From Octopus sinensis (Eukaryota), in assembly GCF_006345805.1 (NCBI RefSeq), contig NC_043005.1, forward strand, positions 74,400,001-74,464,000: 64,000 nucleotides of DNA, read 5' to 3'. The position numbers and the translations under genes are program-made. Below, one piece after another: positions 26,117-37,316 of the stretch; the first letter of the stretch is position 1, and every line of letters starts with the position of its first letter. The notes under the pieces were generated by a model. The model saw only the letters and a program-made list of their open reading frames with translations, was not told the origin of the DNA and did no database searches.

Positions 26117-27815
26117 TTTCTTTTTCTGGCTTCATGTATTGAACTGTGGTTATACTTCACTGCCGCCTTCGATGGGTTTAATCGATCATAATAATGTGGC
26201 ACTTATTTCATTCTATATACTAGAAATTTGTAGTTTGGTCACCCAGAAGACGCTGAACGGACAGAGTTCTCAGAGCTCGGCTAGAAGCCCCTAACCCTAA
26301 GCTACTTGTCTCAGTTCTGTACACTCTGTGTTTAAATCCTGCCGAAATCAAATTTGAATTTAATCTTTTCAGGATCGGTAAATAATGTACAAGTTCAACG
26401 CCATAGATTGACTTGGGACGCTATGTTTAGAGTGTCGGATGAGATGCTTTGTGGAATTTCTTCCGGTCCTCTGAACTGTGAGTTCAAATTACATAACCCA
26501 CCACCATTCTATTCGGCATCCGGAGGTTGGCAGCAAGTTTCAGTGGTGGTGCCCCAACATGGCCGCGGCCTTCGGGCTAAAACTTTTAAAGGATTTAAGG
26601 ATTTAAGGCTTGCAACTTCAAAGGGGAGCGACTCGTTGACTAGAACAACATTTCGGGTATATTAATGGATTTCAATGCTGAAGCTGCATCTCAATTTATC
26701 CAACTCTATTTGTCGAACCGCCAAGTTATGGGTCATACATGCGTGTGTAGTGTATTTGTATGTGTGTGTGTTTGTCTGTTTGTATTAGAGTTGTTAAGTA
26801 ACAAATAACGATAAATAAACATTTACTGATGAAAGAACCCAATACTGTAGTAGGAATCTACTTCAGTTCAGTATACAACGGTTTGTTGTAAGCTAAATGT
26901 TGCCTTTCAAGGTTTATTCCAACAGTGTTATTACTTAAGCCTCGAGAGACAAAACTTAATGTTACAAAGAAACTCTATACAAGTTACATCATTAGGAAGA
27001 TCTGGAATGAATCATCAGAAATGTTCTTGGGATTGTAGTGGATATCAGATCACAACCAGATATTACCAAATCTTGCAGCAATTAACCACGGATTTCGCCT
27101 CTTTAACCAAAACCTCGCTTCCATCATCGTTTCACGGACGGAACATATGGTCCACATCCTTTACGTTTTACAATGATTCTAAGCCCGCCCAATCAGAGCT
27201 AGGCTTTATGGTCTCTGTCTGTTTCACGGATAACATCAACGTCCTTTTTGTTGCAGTTAAAGAGATTTTTCCCAAGCTTCTGACTCATAGCTTCGGATAT
27301 GACCAAGCGGAATTTTTGCAGCACTTACCTTCACTTCAGTGTAAAGGAACTGGCATTTGGTGGTTTAAAGCTTATCTTTGCTCGTGAGATGAGCTTTTCA
27401 AGTCTTAGTAAGATCCACTCGCCATTAGCCACTGATTATGTTACAGTCGGGTCAGATACGAAAGCTCTTATAGATGGCTGCTGCATACAGGCCGTCAACT
27501 AGGATCCTTGGTACTCTACCTGTGAGGACTTGACCACCATATTCGTGGCAAAAATTAAGATAAAGTTGGTGCAGTTAGTTATAATTCATTTTTCTAGCCT
27601 GTGCCACGCTAATATTGTGGAAATAGAAGTAACACTTGTTCCAAAGCTGCAATAATAATCCAGAGTGAGGCCATTTATCTTACTGTAAATATGGTGTCTT
27701 CAAAGAACTGATTCTGCTGGCCTGTATGGCATAGATCCATTGTTGTTTGAGAAGTCCAACAAAAAGAACCATCAGTTTTCTCTTGCCTTCCTTTACTTCT
27801 ATTAAGAGATGAGTG

Positions 27816-28194
27816 GAGGCGCAATGGCCCAGTGGTTAGAGCAGCGGACTCGCGGTCGTAGGATCGCGGTTTCGATTCCCAGACCGGGCGTTGTGAGTGT
27901 TTATTGAGCGAAAACACCTAAAGCTCCACGAGGCTCCGGCAGGGGGGGGGTGATCCCTGCTGTACTCTTTCACCACAACTTTCTCTCACTCTTACTTCCT
28001 GTTTCTGTTGTACCTGTATTTCAAGGGGCCGGCCTTGTCACTCTCTGTGTCACGCTGAATATCCCCGAGAACTACGTTAAGGGTACACGTGTCTGTGGAG
28101 TGCTCAGCCACTTACACGTTAATTTCACGAGCAGGCTGTTCCGTTGATCGGATCAACCGGAACCCTCGTCGTCGGAACCGACGGAGTGCTTCCA
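27816..28194 (+). mobile_element. SINE family D (tRNA head) with 13-bp TSD
   Basis: TGGCCCAGTGG A box and GGTTTCGATTCC B box; TAAGAGATGAGTG at 27803-27815 and 28195-28207. Confidence 0.85.
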
Positions 28195-28295
28195 TAAGAG
28201 ATGAGTGACTATTCCTAAATACCCCAAGCAGCCAATCTGTTCTAAATATTCTACTTTTGTGTCACAGATGCATTGATGTAATCGCTTGTTTAGAC

Positions 28296-28470
28296 CAGTG
28301 TTCCGCAACCTTTTTTCATTTGCGGTACACTTATAGTCTTTTCAAAATATTTCAAATAAAAATATAACTAAAAGTATAGGGGAAAAATTATATTCAAGTG
28401 ACACTGCGGAATACCTAGCATCGCCTTGTGGCACACCACTGTGTTGCGAAATACCAGTTGCGGAGCACTG
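28296..28470. mobile_element. Buster/Charlie-type hAT MITE (175 bp)
   Basis: TIRs CAGTGTTCCGCAAC and GTTGCGGAGCACTG; 8-bp flanks GTTTAGAC and ATTTAGAA. Confidence 0.8.
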
Positions 28471-28595
28471 ATTTAGAAGGAACTTTGTTAGCGGTCAGGA
28501 GAAAATACTAAAAAATAAGTTTGCTAGTCAAGCTGAGAACTCTGCCCGTTCAGCGTCTTCTGGGTGACCAAATTACAAATTAGTAATATATAGAT

Positions 28596-28828
28596 AGGGC
28601 GGCGAGCTGGCAGAAACGTTAGCATTCCGGGCGAAATGCTTAGCAGTATTTCGTCTGGCGCTACGTTCTGAGTTCAAATTCCGCCGAGGTCGACTTTGCC
28701 TTTCATCCTTTCGGGGTCGATAAATTAAGTACCAATTACGCACTGGGGTCGATGTAATCGACTTAATACCTATGTCTGTCCTTGTTTGTCCCCTCTATGT
28801 TTAGCCCCTAGTGGGTAATAAAGAAATA
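28596..28828 (+). mobile_element. SINE B monomer with 14-bp TSD
   Basis: AGTAATATATAGAT at 28582-28595 and 28829-28842. Confidence 0.85.
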
Positions 28829-29448
28829 AGTAATATATAGATTGAAATAAGTGCAACATCGTCATGATCGATTAAACCCATCAAATATGCAAAATAGTGG
28901 TCTTGAAGTGCTCGATCTTTTAGAGTTCCATTCCTTGGGGATCCAAACACTCTCGCCACATTTCCAATTATTGGTTACTCTTACCGCTGTCAGATTACTT
29001 TTAGAATCTTTCACCGCTGATGAAGGAATCTCGGAGAACGTTTACAACGCTGCACAATACTTCAGTGGGCATGAAGTAGAGACTGATGTAGCTACCTTAA
29101 TCACTTCCTGGATTTCCTTCTAGTTTGGTTCCCTCACGATGATCTCAGTTGTTGGATTCCTCAGGATATTGTTTTTTTGCCACATAAGGTACTGCTCTAT
29201 TAAAGGATACATTGCAGTATTGATTATTTCGTTAAACAGATGAATTCGATTATCAATTGGATTATTTTGTTTCTTACTTAAAGTGGTTAAAAGCGTGTCA
29301 GTCGAGCATATGTTGTGACGAACAAAATAATGTTAGAGATACAATTGATGTAAAAGAGATACATTCTTAAAAGAAAACGTGCCAACACAAGCCCTCAGCA
29401 ATACATAGAAAGACAGAAATGTGTGTATGATTATATATATATATATAT

Positions 29449-29487
<39 letters not shown>

Positions 29488-29494
29488 ATATATG

Positions 29495-29592
<98 letters not shown>

Positions 29593-29711
29593 GTATGTAT
29601 ATATATATATATTATATATATATGTATATATATATATGTATATACATACATATATATATATATATATTATATATATTATATATATATATAATATATGTAT
29701 ATATATACAGA

Positions 29712-29873
29712 CGCAGGAGCAGCTGTGTGGTTAGTAGCTTGCTTACCAACCACATGGTCCCGGGTTCAGTGCCACTGCGTGGCACCTTTGGCAAGTTTCA
29801 TTCTACTATACCATCGGACCAACCAAAGCCTTGTGAGTGGATTTGGTAGAGGGAAACTGAAAGAAGTCCGTCG

Positions 29874-29909
<36 letters not shown>

Positions 29910-30115
29910 TACGTTTGTGTATCTGTGTTTGACCCCCCAACATCGCTTGACAACCGATGCTGGTGTATTTACGTCCCCGTCACCTAGCGGTTCGGCAAGA
30001 GAGCCCGATAGAATAAGTACTAAGCGTACAAAGAATAAGTCTTTGGGTCGATTTGCTCGACTAAAGGGGGTGTTCCAGCATGGCCGCAGTCAAATGACTG
30101 AAACAGATAAAAGAA
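29712..30115 (+). mobile_element. SINE family A copy
   Basis: Full head-spacer-tail, preceded by a long (TA)n. Confidence 0.85.
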
Positions 30116-30132
30116 CAGATTGATAGATAGAT

Positions 30133-30232
<100 letters not shown>

Positions 30233-30346
30233 TGATAGATATGAAACGTTGGGCATTATAAGTATCCAAAACATGAAACAACAGGTATATGTTTCTGTGA
30301 GTATGGATGTATACATATGTATATATTCTATATAACCACGTCTGTG

Positions 30347-30389
<43 letters not shown>

Positions 30390-32094
30390 ACGTACGTATG
30401 CATTATTCTTGAGTTGATTAATGTTTTAGCTATCACGGCCAGGGATACCAGGCTTCTAATAATACTTAATGTTAACAGCCATTTAGCGCTAATGGCTTCT
30501 CTTAGGGAATATTACTTTGACAAAAACGATAATCGTACATATATATTTGTGTGTGTGTGGAATCATAATAAAACAAAGAATGGAATAGATTATTTAAGAA
30601 GTAATTTTATTCCATTGTTCCCAGCTAATTGCAAGTATTTTGCCGAAGTTCTTCTTCGTTGGTCTTCGTTGCCCCTAAGCAGAATTTTGCTGGTTCTCTC
30701 CTAGACTCACAATTTTAACATTGGTACGAAGGCTGCTTTTTATTGTCTGACATGTGTGTGATTACGTGTGTGTCTGTATATATGTGTGTAAGCATGTGAG
30801 TCTCTCTGTCTGTGTGTAGTGCGGAGATGTGTAAACAGAGACAGCGCATTGAATTGCGCATATCCATCCATAAGTCTTTTTTGCATTTGTGTTTGTGTGC
30901 AATTTGCGTGTTTATGCATGCTTGCTGACAACCGATATCATTTGTCTCCAAAATATCTGACAGAAAATGGAGATAAATGAACCAAATATGCGAATTAACA
31001 AATAAAATGTTACGTTTCGTGATTTTCTTCGCCATGTCTTCTAGCGAAACATATTTTCTTCATTGAAAGAGAAGCTTTCGAACTTTACCTAGATTTTTTC
31101 CTGGTAATTGCATTATTCAAAATTGTCAATTATTTGTTCCCACTTAGCTACAGATTTTCTTGTTCTCTTTGCTATATTCTATCTGAGGAAAGGATGAAAA
31201 ATGTCTTCATGTGTCCTTACGTTCCCACGCAATAGCTTACACACACTTTTACTAACATAATGCATTGCATTTTAGGTGATATGTGTTGTGGTGGTGGAGA
31301 TATTAGTAAAAGCAGTAGATGTGGTGATTTGTTGGTCATCTAATGGTGGTAATTGAATGATGACAGTTGTTGCGGTAGTTAGATGGTTATGGCACGGAGT
31401 AAATGTTTGCGAGGAAAAGAAATCTATTAATTGGAGAATGAACCGAATTAGTAGAATTGTCTAGAATTAGTTTAGGCTAATGGAAAACGAAAGAGAAAAA
31501 TATATTTCACAATTTATGTGTGTAAGCTGACAACAATAACAACAGGACCGGTAAATAAGAGTTATAGCAGTGGTGGTGGTAGTGGTGGTGGTGGTGGTGG
31601 TGGTGGTGGTGGTGGTGGTGATGCGGAGAAGGAACTCTTTTACTTGTTTCAGTCATTTGACTGCAGCCATGCTGGAGCACCGCCTTTAGTCAAGCAAATC
31701 GCCCCCAGGACTTATTCTTTGTAAGCCTAGTACATTTTCTATCGGTCTCTTTTTGCCGAACCGCTAAGTTACGGGAATGTAAACACACCAACACCGGTTG
31801 TCAAGCGATGTTGGGAGGGACAAACAAAGACACACAAACACACACACACACACACACACGCACACACATATACATATATACGACGGGCGTCTTTCAGTTT
31901 CCACCTACCAAATCCACTCACAAGATTTTGGTCGGCCCGAGGCTATAGTAGAAGACTGTTGCCCAAGGTGCCACGCAGTGAGACTGAACCCAGAACCATG
32001 TGGTTGGTAAGCAAGTTACTTACCACGATGATGATCACGTCAAAGAAGATTGATGACAATGACGACGACAACAACAGCAACAACAACAGCAACA

Positions 32095-32138
<44 letters not shown>

Positions 32139-32328
32139 CCTTTATACTAAAAGCACAAGGCTTGAAATTGTTGGGTTGGGGCAGTCGATTAGATCGACGC
32201 CAATACGCAATTAGTAACGATGAAAGGCAAAGTTGACCTCAACGGAATTTGAACTCAGAACGTAGCGGCTGACGAAATACCGCTCAGCATTTCGCCCAGC
32301 GTGCTAACGATTCTGCCAGCTCACCACC

Positions 32329-32387
<59 letters not shown>

Positions 32388-32388
<1 letters not shown>

Positions 32389-33235
32389 TACCTGAAGCGG
32401 TACCAGGCAGTGGCTCGCATGGTTTCTGATCTCAAATGATTAGAAGTGTTGGCATGTACAAGTTTTGTCTTGGTATATAAAGATGAATGACAAAATATAT
32501 TCTGCTCAATACCACAGATTTGCTTGTCAGTTGCTTGACCATAACCAGTTGAGGATGTCCTTCGGTGGTTGACGATATGTGCATCTCTGATTACAAGCAG
32601 AAGTAGTTGGGGAGTATTATAGCCATGTGTTGAGAGGGATTCTTTGGGGTTTGAATAATTCACCTCTGGAAATATGGGTTTTTCGTTCAACATCCTTAGA
32701 CAAACTTTATTGAGGGTCCTTTTTAGTAGGATGGGTTACTCAACTTGAAAAAATTCTCGCTGGGCCCCACCTGCAAGAAGTCACCAAGAATGAAGATTGT
32801 AAAATCCTGTGGGATGCAATGATTTAGTGCGATCACCTGACCAGACATCAGAAATAGGATATGGTGTAGTGATTAAAGAGGAAGAAGTTGCATGTCCCGG
32901 TGACAACAGAATCAAAGAAAAAGAAAAACTGAACAACTACGACGATTTGAAGTGGGAAATACGAAGGTTGTGGTCAATGAGGAGAGTGGATGTGATACCA
33001 ATAATAATTGGCGCACTTGGAAGTATCAGCACTCAACTATTACCATGGCTTTAAAAGATTGCTGTAAGTGTGATGGTAAGACATCTACAAAAATCAACAT
33101 TGCTTCGAACTGCAAGAATTCTTCACAAGACTCTTGAAGAATTACCCGTAAACAAGTGTCACCTTAGTCTGATGGCTGTGGGCAGCTGACACTTCCCACC
33201 ATACCCAGCAAAATAAGCTGAGAGTTTTCGTCAAT
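32388..33235 (+). mobile_element. Chimera: 5' ~390 bp of the 555-bp element fused to the endonuclease end and 3' UTR of a second Dong/R4 subfamily
   Basis: 32388-32777 matches the element up to GGGCCCCACCTGCAAG; then EVTKNEDCKILWD...VACPGDNRIKEKEKLNNYDDLKWEIRRLW...VIPIIIGALG; long (AAT)n upstream and a short TAATAATGATAAT downstream. Confidence 0.75.
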
Positions 33236-33454
33236 TAATAATGATAATGGTTTCAAATCTTTGCATTAGGGCAGTCATTTCGGGGGAGAGGATAAATCGA
33301 TTACAACGACCCGTGTTCAAATGGTGTTTATTTTGTCGACCCCGTAAGGATGAAAGACAAACTCAACCTCGGCAGAATTTGAACTCAGAAAGTGAAGACG
33401 CGCGAAAGGCCGCTAAGCATTTTGCCCAGCATGCTAACGATTCTGCCAGCTTGC

Positions 33455-33503
<49 letters not shown>

Positions 33504-33718
33504 GATGATAATAATCCTTTCTATTAAAGGCACAAGCTATGAAATTTTGAAGGATTATATCGATCCTAGTGCTTAAATGGTACTTAATTTATCGATAAAA
33601 GGCAAAGCCAACCTCAGCGGAATTTGAACACGGAACGTAAAGCCAAAACAAATGCCGCTAAGCATTTTGCCCGAAGTGCTAAACTTTCTGCTAGTTCCAA
33701 GCCTTAATAATAATAATA

Positions 33719-33762
<44 letters not shown>

Positions 33763-35763
33763 GAACTTTGAACAGTGACAATGAATCTCTAAATGCTGGT
33801 GATGTAAAAATTTCATGTGGCATTTTCCAGGGTAACTCACTATCACCACTCCTCTTCTGTTTAGCCTTAATACCTCTCTCAAAACTGCTCAATGACGCGC
33901 AGTACGGGTATAAAATGTTTGATAAAAATATAAATCATCTCATTTACATGGATGATTTAAAGCTCTTTGCAAAAAATGACCAACAACTCAAGGGCTTACT
34001 AACGATTGTCAAACAATTCAGTGATGACATCAGAATGCAATTTGGCCTCGATAAGTGTGCAAAAGCTACCTTTATCAAAGGAAAAATGACTGAAACATCT
34101 AACGTTAACCTTGACCAGCAGAATGTCATAAAAGAATTAGACCCCGCAGAGAACTACAAGTATCTAGGGGTAATTGAAGGAGAAGGAATAAGGCATTCAG
34201 AGATGAAGGAAAGGATCTGGAGAGAATGTTATCGAAGAGTGAGAGCAATACTCAAGACAGAGCTGAATGCGAGAAACAGGATCGAAGCGATCAATGCATT
34301 AGCCATACCAGTTGTGACTTACAGTTTCAATATCGTTAACTGGTCAATTACTGAAATATGTAATCTTGACAGAAAAATTCGAAAACAGTTGACAATGCAT
34401 AGAATGCACCACCCTAGGGCAGATACAGAACGACTTTATCTGCCAAGAAAAGAGGGAGGCCGTGGACTTTTACAACTGGCAATAACAAAGAAGATTGCTA
34501 CAATTGGCCTAGACACCTACCTGGAAAACTCTGAGGACTGGATGTTAAAACTTGTCTCAAAACATGAAAACAAGAAAGCATCATACTCAGTAACAAAACA
34601 GGCAAAGGAATATCTAAGTGAATTCCGAATACAACCAATTTCGGAATTAGAGATAGACACACAAGAAACAGGCACAGAAAAAGCTAAGCGCATGAAAACC
34701 CGTGCTAAATCTGCGGCCTTAGATATTCTGAATGATAAATGGCAAGAAAAACCTCTCTATGCAAATACCCAAAGAGAGCAAATAATGCAGATGTTGACAA
34801 AGCCCTGACCCATCAATGGCTAATGGCCTCTGGCTTAAAATCTGAAACAGAGGGGTTTATCATAGCAGCTCAAGATCAATGCCTACCAACAAGAAACTAC
34901 CAGGCCAACATATTAAAGATCAGAAGCAGTCCAACGTGTCGTGTATGCCAGCAACAAAATGAAACCATTGACCATGTGGTCTCCAAGTGCAGTCTTCTAG
35001 CGCCTACAGAGTATCTCAACAGACACGATAGAGCTGCACAATATATTCACTGGGTAATCTGCAAAAACCTGGATTTGCCCCATGAAAAAAACTGGTGGGA
35101 ACACAAACCACCCCTAGTGCTTGAAAATGACCACATCTCACTCCTCTGGAACTTCACCATTCAAACTGACAGAAAGATAGATGCAAATAGGCAAGACATC
35201 ATATTGAAAGACTTCAAACAAAGAACATGCCTCCTCATTGATATGACTGTCCCATTCGATATAAACGTATCTGTCAAGACCTACCAAAAGCTGAGTAAAT
35301 ATAAAGATCTTGAAATAGAAATCAACAAAATGTGGAACCTGAAGACTAAAACAATACCTGTTGTCATAGGTGCCCTGGGAATGATAGCAAAAGGGGCTGA
35401 TAGCTACCTAACTCAGATACCAGGAAACCCCAAAATGGCAGAAATTCAAAAGATAGTGCTCATGGGAACTGCTCATATCCTACGCAAAATACTTTCTATG
35501 TAATCTCAAGGTTTAAAACAAACATAATTTTCGGTTTTTTTTTTAAAAAACGAGAAAAAAAAGTTTTTATTACTTTTTTAAAAATTTCTTATTTATTTAT
35601 TTATTTTTTTTAGACATTCATTAGTACAACACCAAAAACTCCCCCCCAAATATATGGCACACTAGGCATAACAACAACATGAACTTCCAACCTGTTGTCT
35701 CTTGAGGTCTCTGGGTGAGACTTGGAGCCAACTTGTACAAATATAAAGCAAAACTCAAACATA

Positions 35764-35764
<1 letters not shown>
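33763..35764 (+). mobile_element. 5'-truncated young Dong/R4-type LINE (RT, CCHC knuckle, restriction-like endonuclease, 3' UTR) in a (TAA)n array
   Basis: RT motifs GIFQGNSLSPLLF and YMDDLKL; CRVCQQQNETIDHVVSKC; R(Q)DIILKD...IDMTVPFD...KLSKY; (AAT)n at 33705-33762 and from 35765. Confidence 0.95.
33768..35503 (+). pseudogene. RT-endonuclease ORF split by one frameshift near 34760
   Basis: Overlapping ORFs 33768-34808 and 34739-35503 join at KWQEKPL/KYPKRANNAD. Confidence 0.9.
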
Positions 35765-35834
<70 letters not shown>

Positions 35835-37316
35835 GAAATTTAATGATAATAATAATAATAATAATAATAAATGAAATTTAATGATAATAATAATAATAAT
35901 AATAAATAAAAGTTAATAATAATAATAAATAAAAATTAATGATGATAGTAATAATAAATACAAATTAATAGTAATAATAACAGATAAAAATTAATAATAA
36001 CAATGATGATGACAATGATGATAATATTAGCAACGACAACGGCAATAATAACAGGTACTTTGTTGTTCACAAGGGACCATACATACTACAAATGAAACGT
36101 AATACAACGAAGGTTACAGAAAATATGTGAGGATCGACAATGTGATGAGAAGTAAGAACGTTGCACAATGAACATATAAATGAGTTTAAAATATATATAA
36201 TAAATAAATGATGTATAATATATGACATATAATTACAGTACAAGATATAAATAAGATCGTATATCACAAATTAGTAATAACATCTACACACGATTGAGAA
36301 ACCTCCGCCTGAGTAAAGATCCGGAAGAAATGCCGCTAAACATTTTATCCGGTACGGTAAAGAGCCTGCAAGCTCGTCACCTTAAAACATGTGTAATAGT
36401 ATCTTTCTTTTTTTTTTAATTACACTAATGATAAGCGACAAAAAATATAACGAATAGATTGAAACAAATCTATTATGATCAGAATGCTAGACCAGGGCAG
36501 TAATTCGATGTAACTTTTATTAGATTTTAGTGCACCGTAATTACAGCAGTTTTTTGTTATTATAGTTATTTTCTGTGAATTTCGGCACCAATTTGTTTGC
36601 ATTTCCCCAAGCTAGAATACAATCATTTAATGCGACTGAATAAGGGTGTATACAGGGATATTAACACGAGTATCCTTGTATCCACCCTTGTCAGTTATAT
36701 CTAAATGTTTGTTTTCTAGCTTACGGAAATACAGAATGATTTTCATCTTTAAATTATTTTAATTAAAAACATAGACTTTTGCAAGTTTTAGGTCGATTAA
36801 ATTAAGGTTACGTTAGCAGACTCCGTAGGGCATCGGGTAAAATACCAATACCATACGGTATCTGCTTTCGTATATCTATATCCGAGGTCCAACCCAACGC
36901 AGGTCGACTTTATTTTCTGCTTTACAAAAACCTGAGATCGATACAATAAAGTGCTAAACAAGAATTGGAGTAAATAAAATTGCCAGCACTCTTGAAGATG
37001 TAGGCTACAGTCTAACGAAGTCCAATAATTAATTGAAACTCGTAAACAGTGAAAACTGGGCGAATAAGGGAGCCTTTGCATAGTCCTTCTGATTGGTTTC
37101 AAGGCTAGCAATTTCTGGGGAGGTGGTAAGTCGATTACAATGACTCCAATGTCCAACTGGGACTTATTTTATCGACCTCCGAATGAGATGAAGGGCCATG
37201 TCGACCTCGGCGGAATTTGAACTCAGAACATAAAGATGGGCGAAATGCCGTTAAGTATTTTTCCCGGTGTGCTAACAATTTTGCCAGCTCTCCGCCTTAA
37301 CACGATTCTTCTAATT

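Larger units (their letters stand above)
26950..29190 (-). mobile_element. Decayed HERO-like (RLE-clade) non-LTR retrotransposon RT region carrying several nested insertions
   Basis: Manual minus-strand translation: KEIQEVIK...WKCGESVWIPKEWNSKKIEHFKT; NLFFSIFSxPLTKFLLN; IGCLGYLGIVTHLLIEVKEGK; QQPSIRAFVSDPTVT; WILLRLEKLISRAKISFKP. These follow the order of RT motifs in HERO-type elements. Confidence 0.65.

Noticed and set aside
27816-27890. tRNA-like sequences (also at 3153, 7603, 46672, 49018)
   Set aside because: They have A and B boxes but no complete cloverleaf and continue into SINE bodies with TSDs.
26171-28882. Inverted 115-bp pair as TIRs of a 2.7-kb composite transposon
   Set aside because: The HERO-like reading continues colinearly on both sides of the right copy, so that copy is an independent insertion, not a terminus.
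29017-29048. CTGATGA...GAGAACGTT as a hammerhead
   Set aside because: No stem I pairing, broken GAAA, and it lies inside the HERO-like coding relic.
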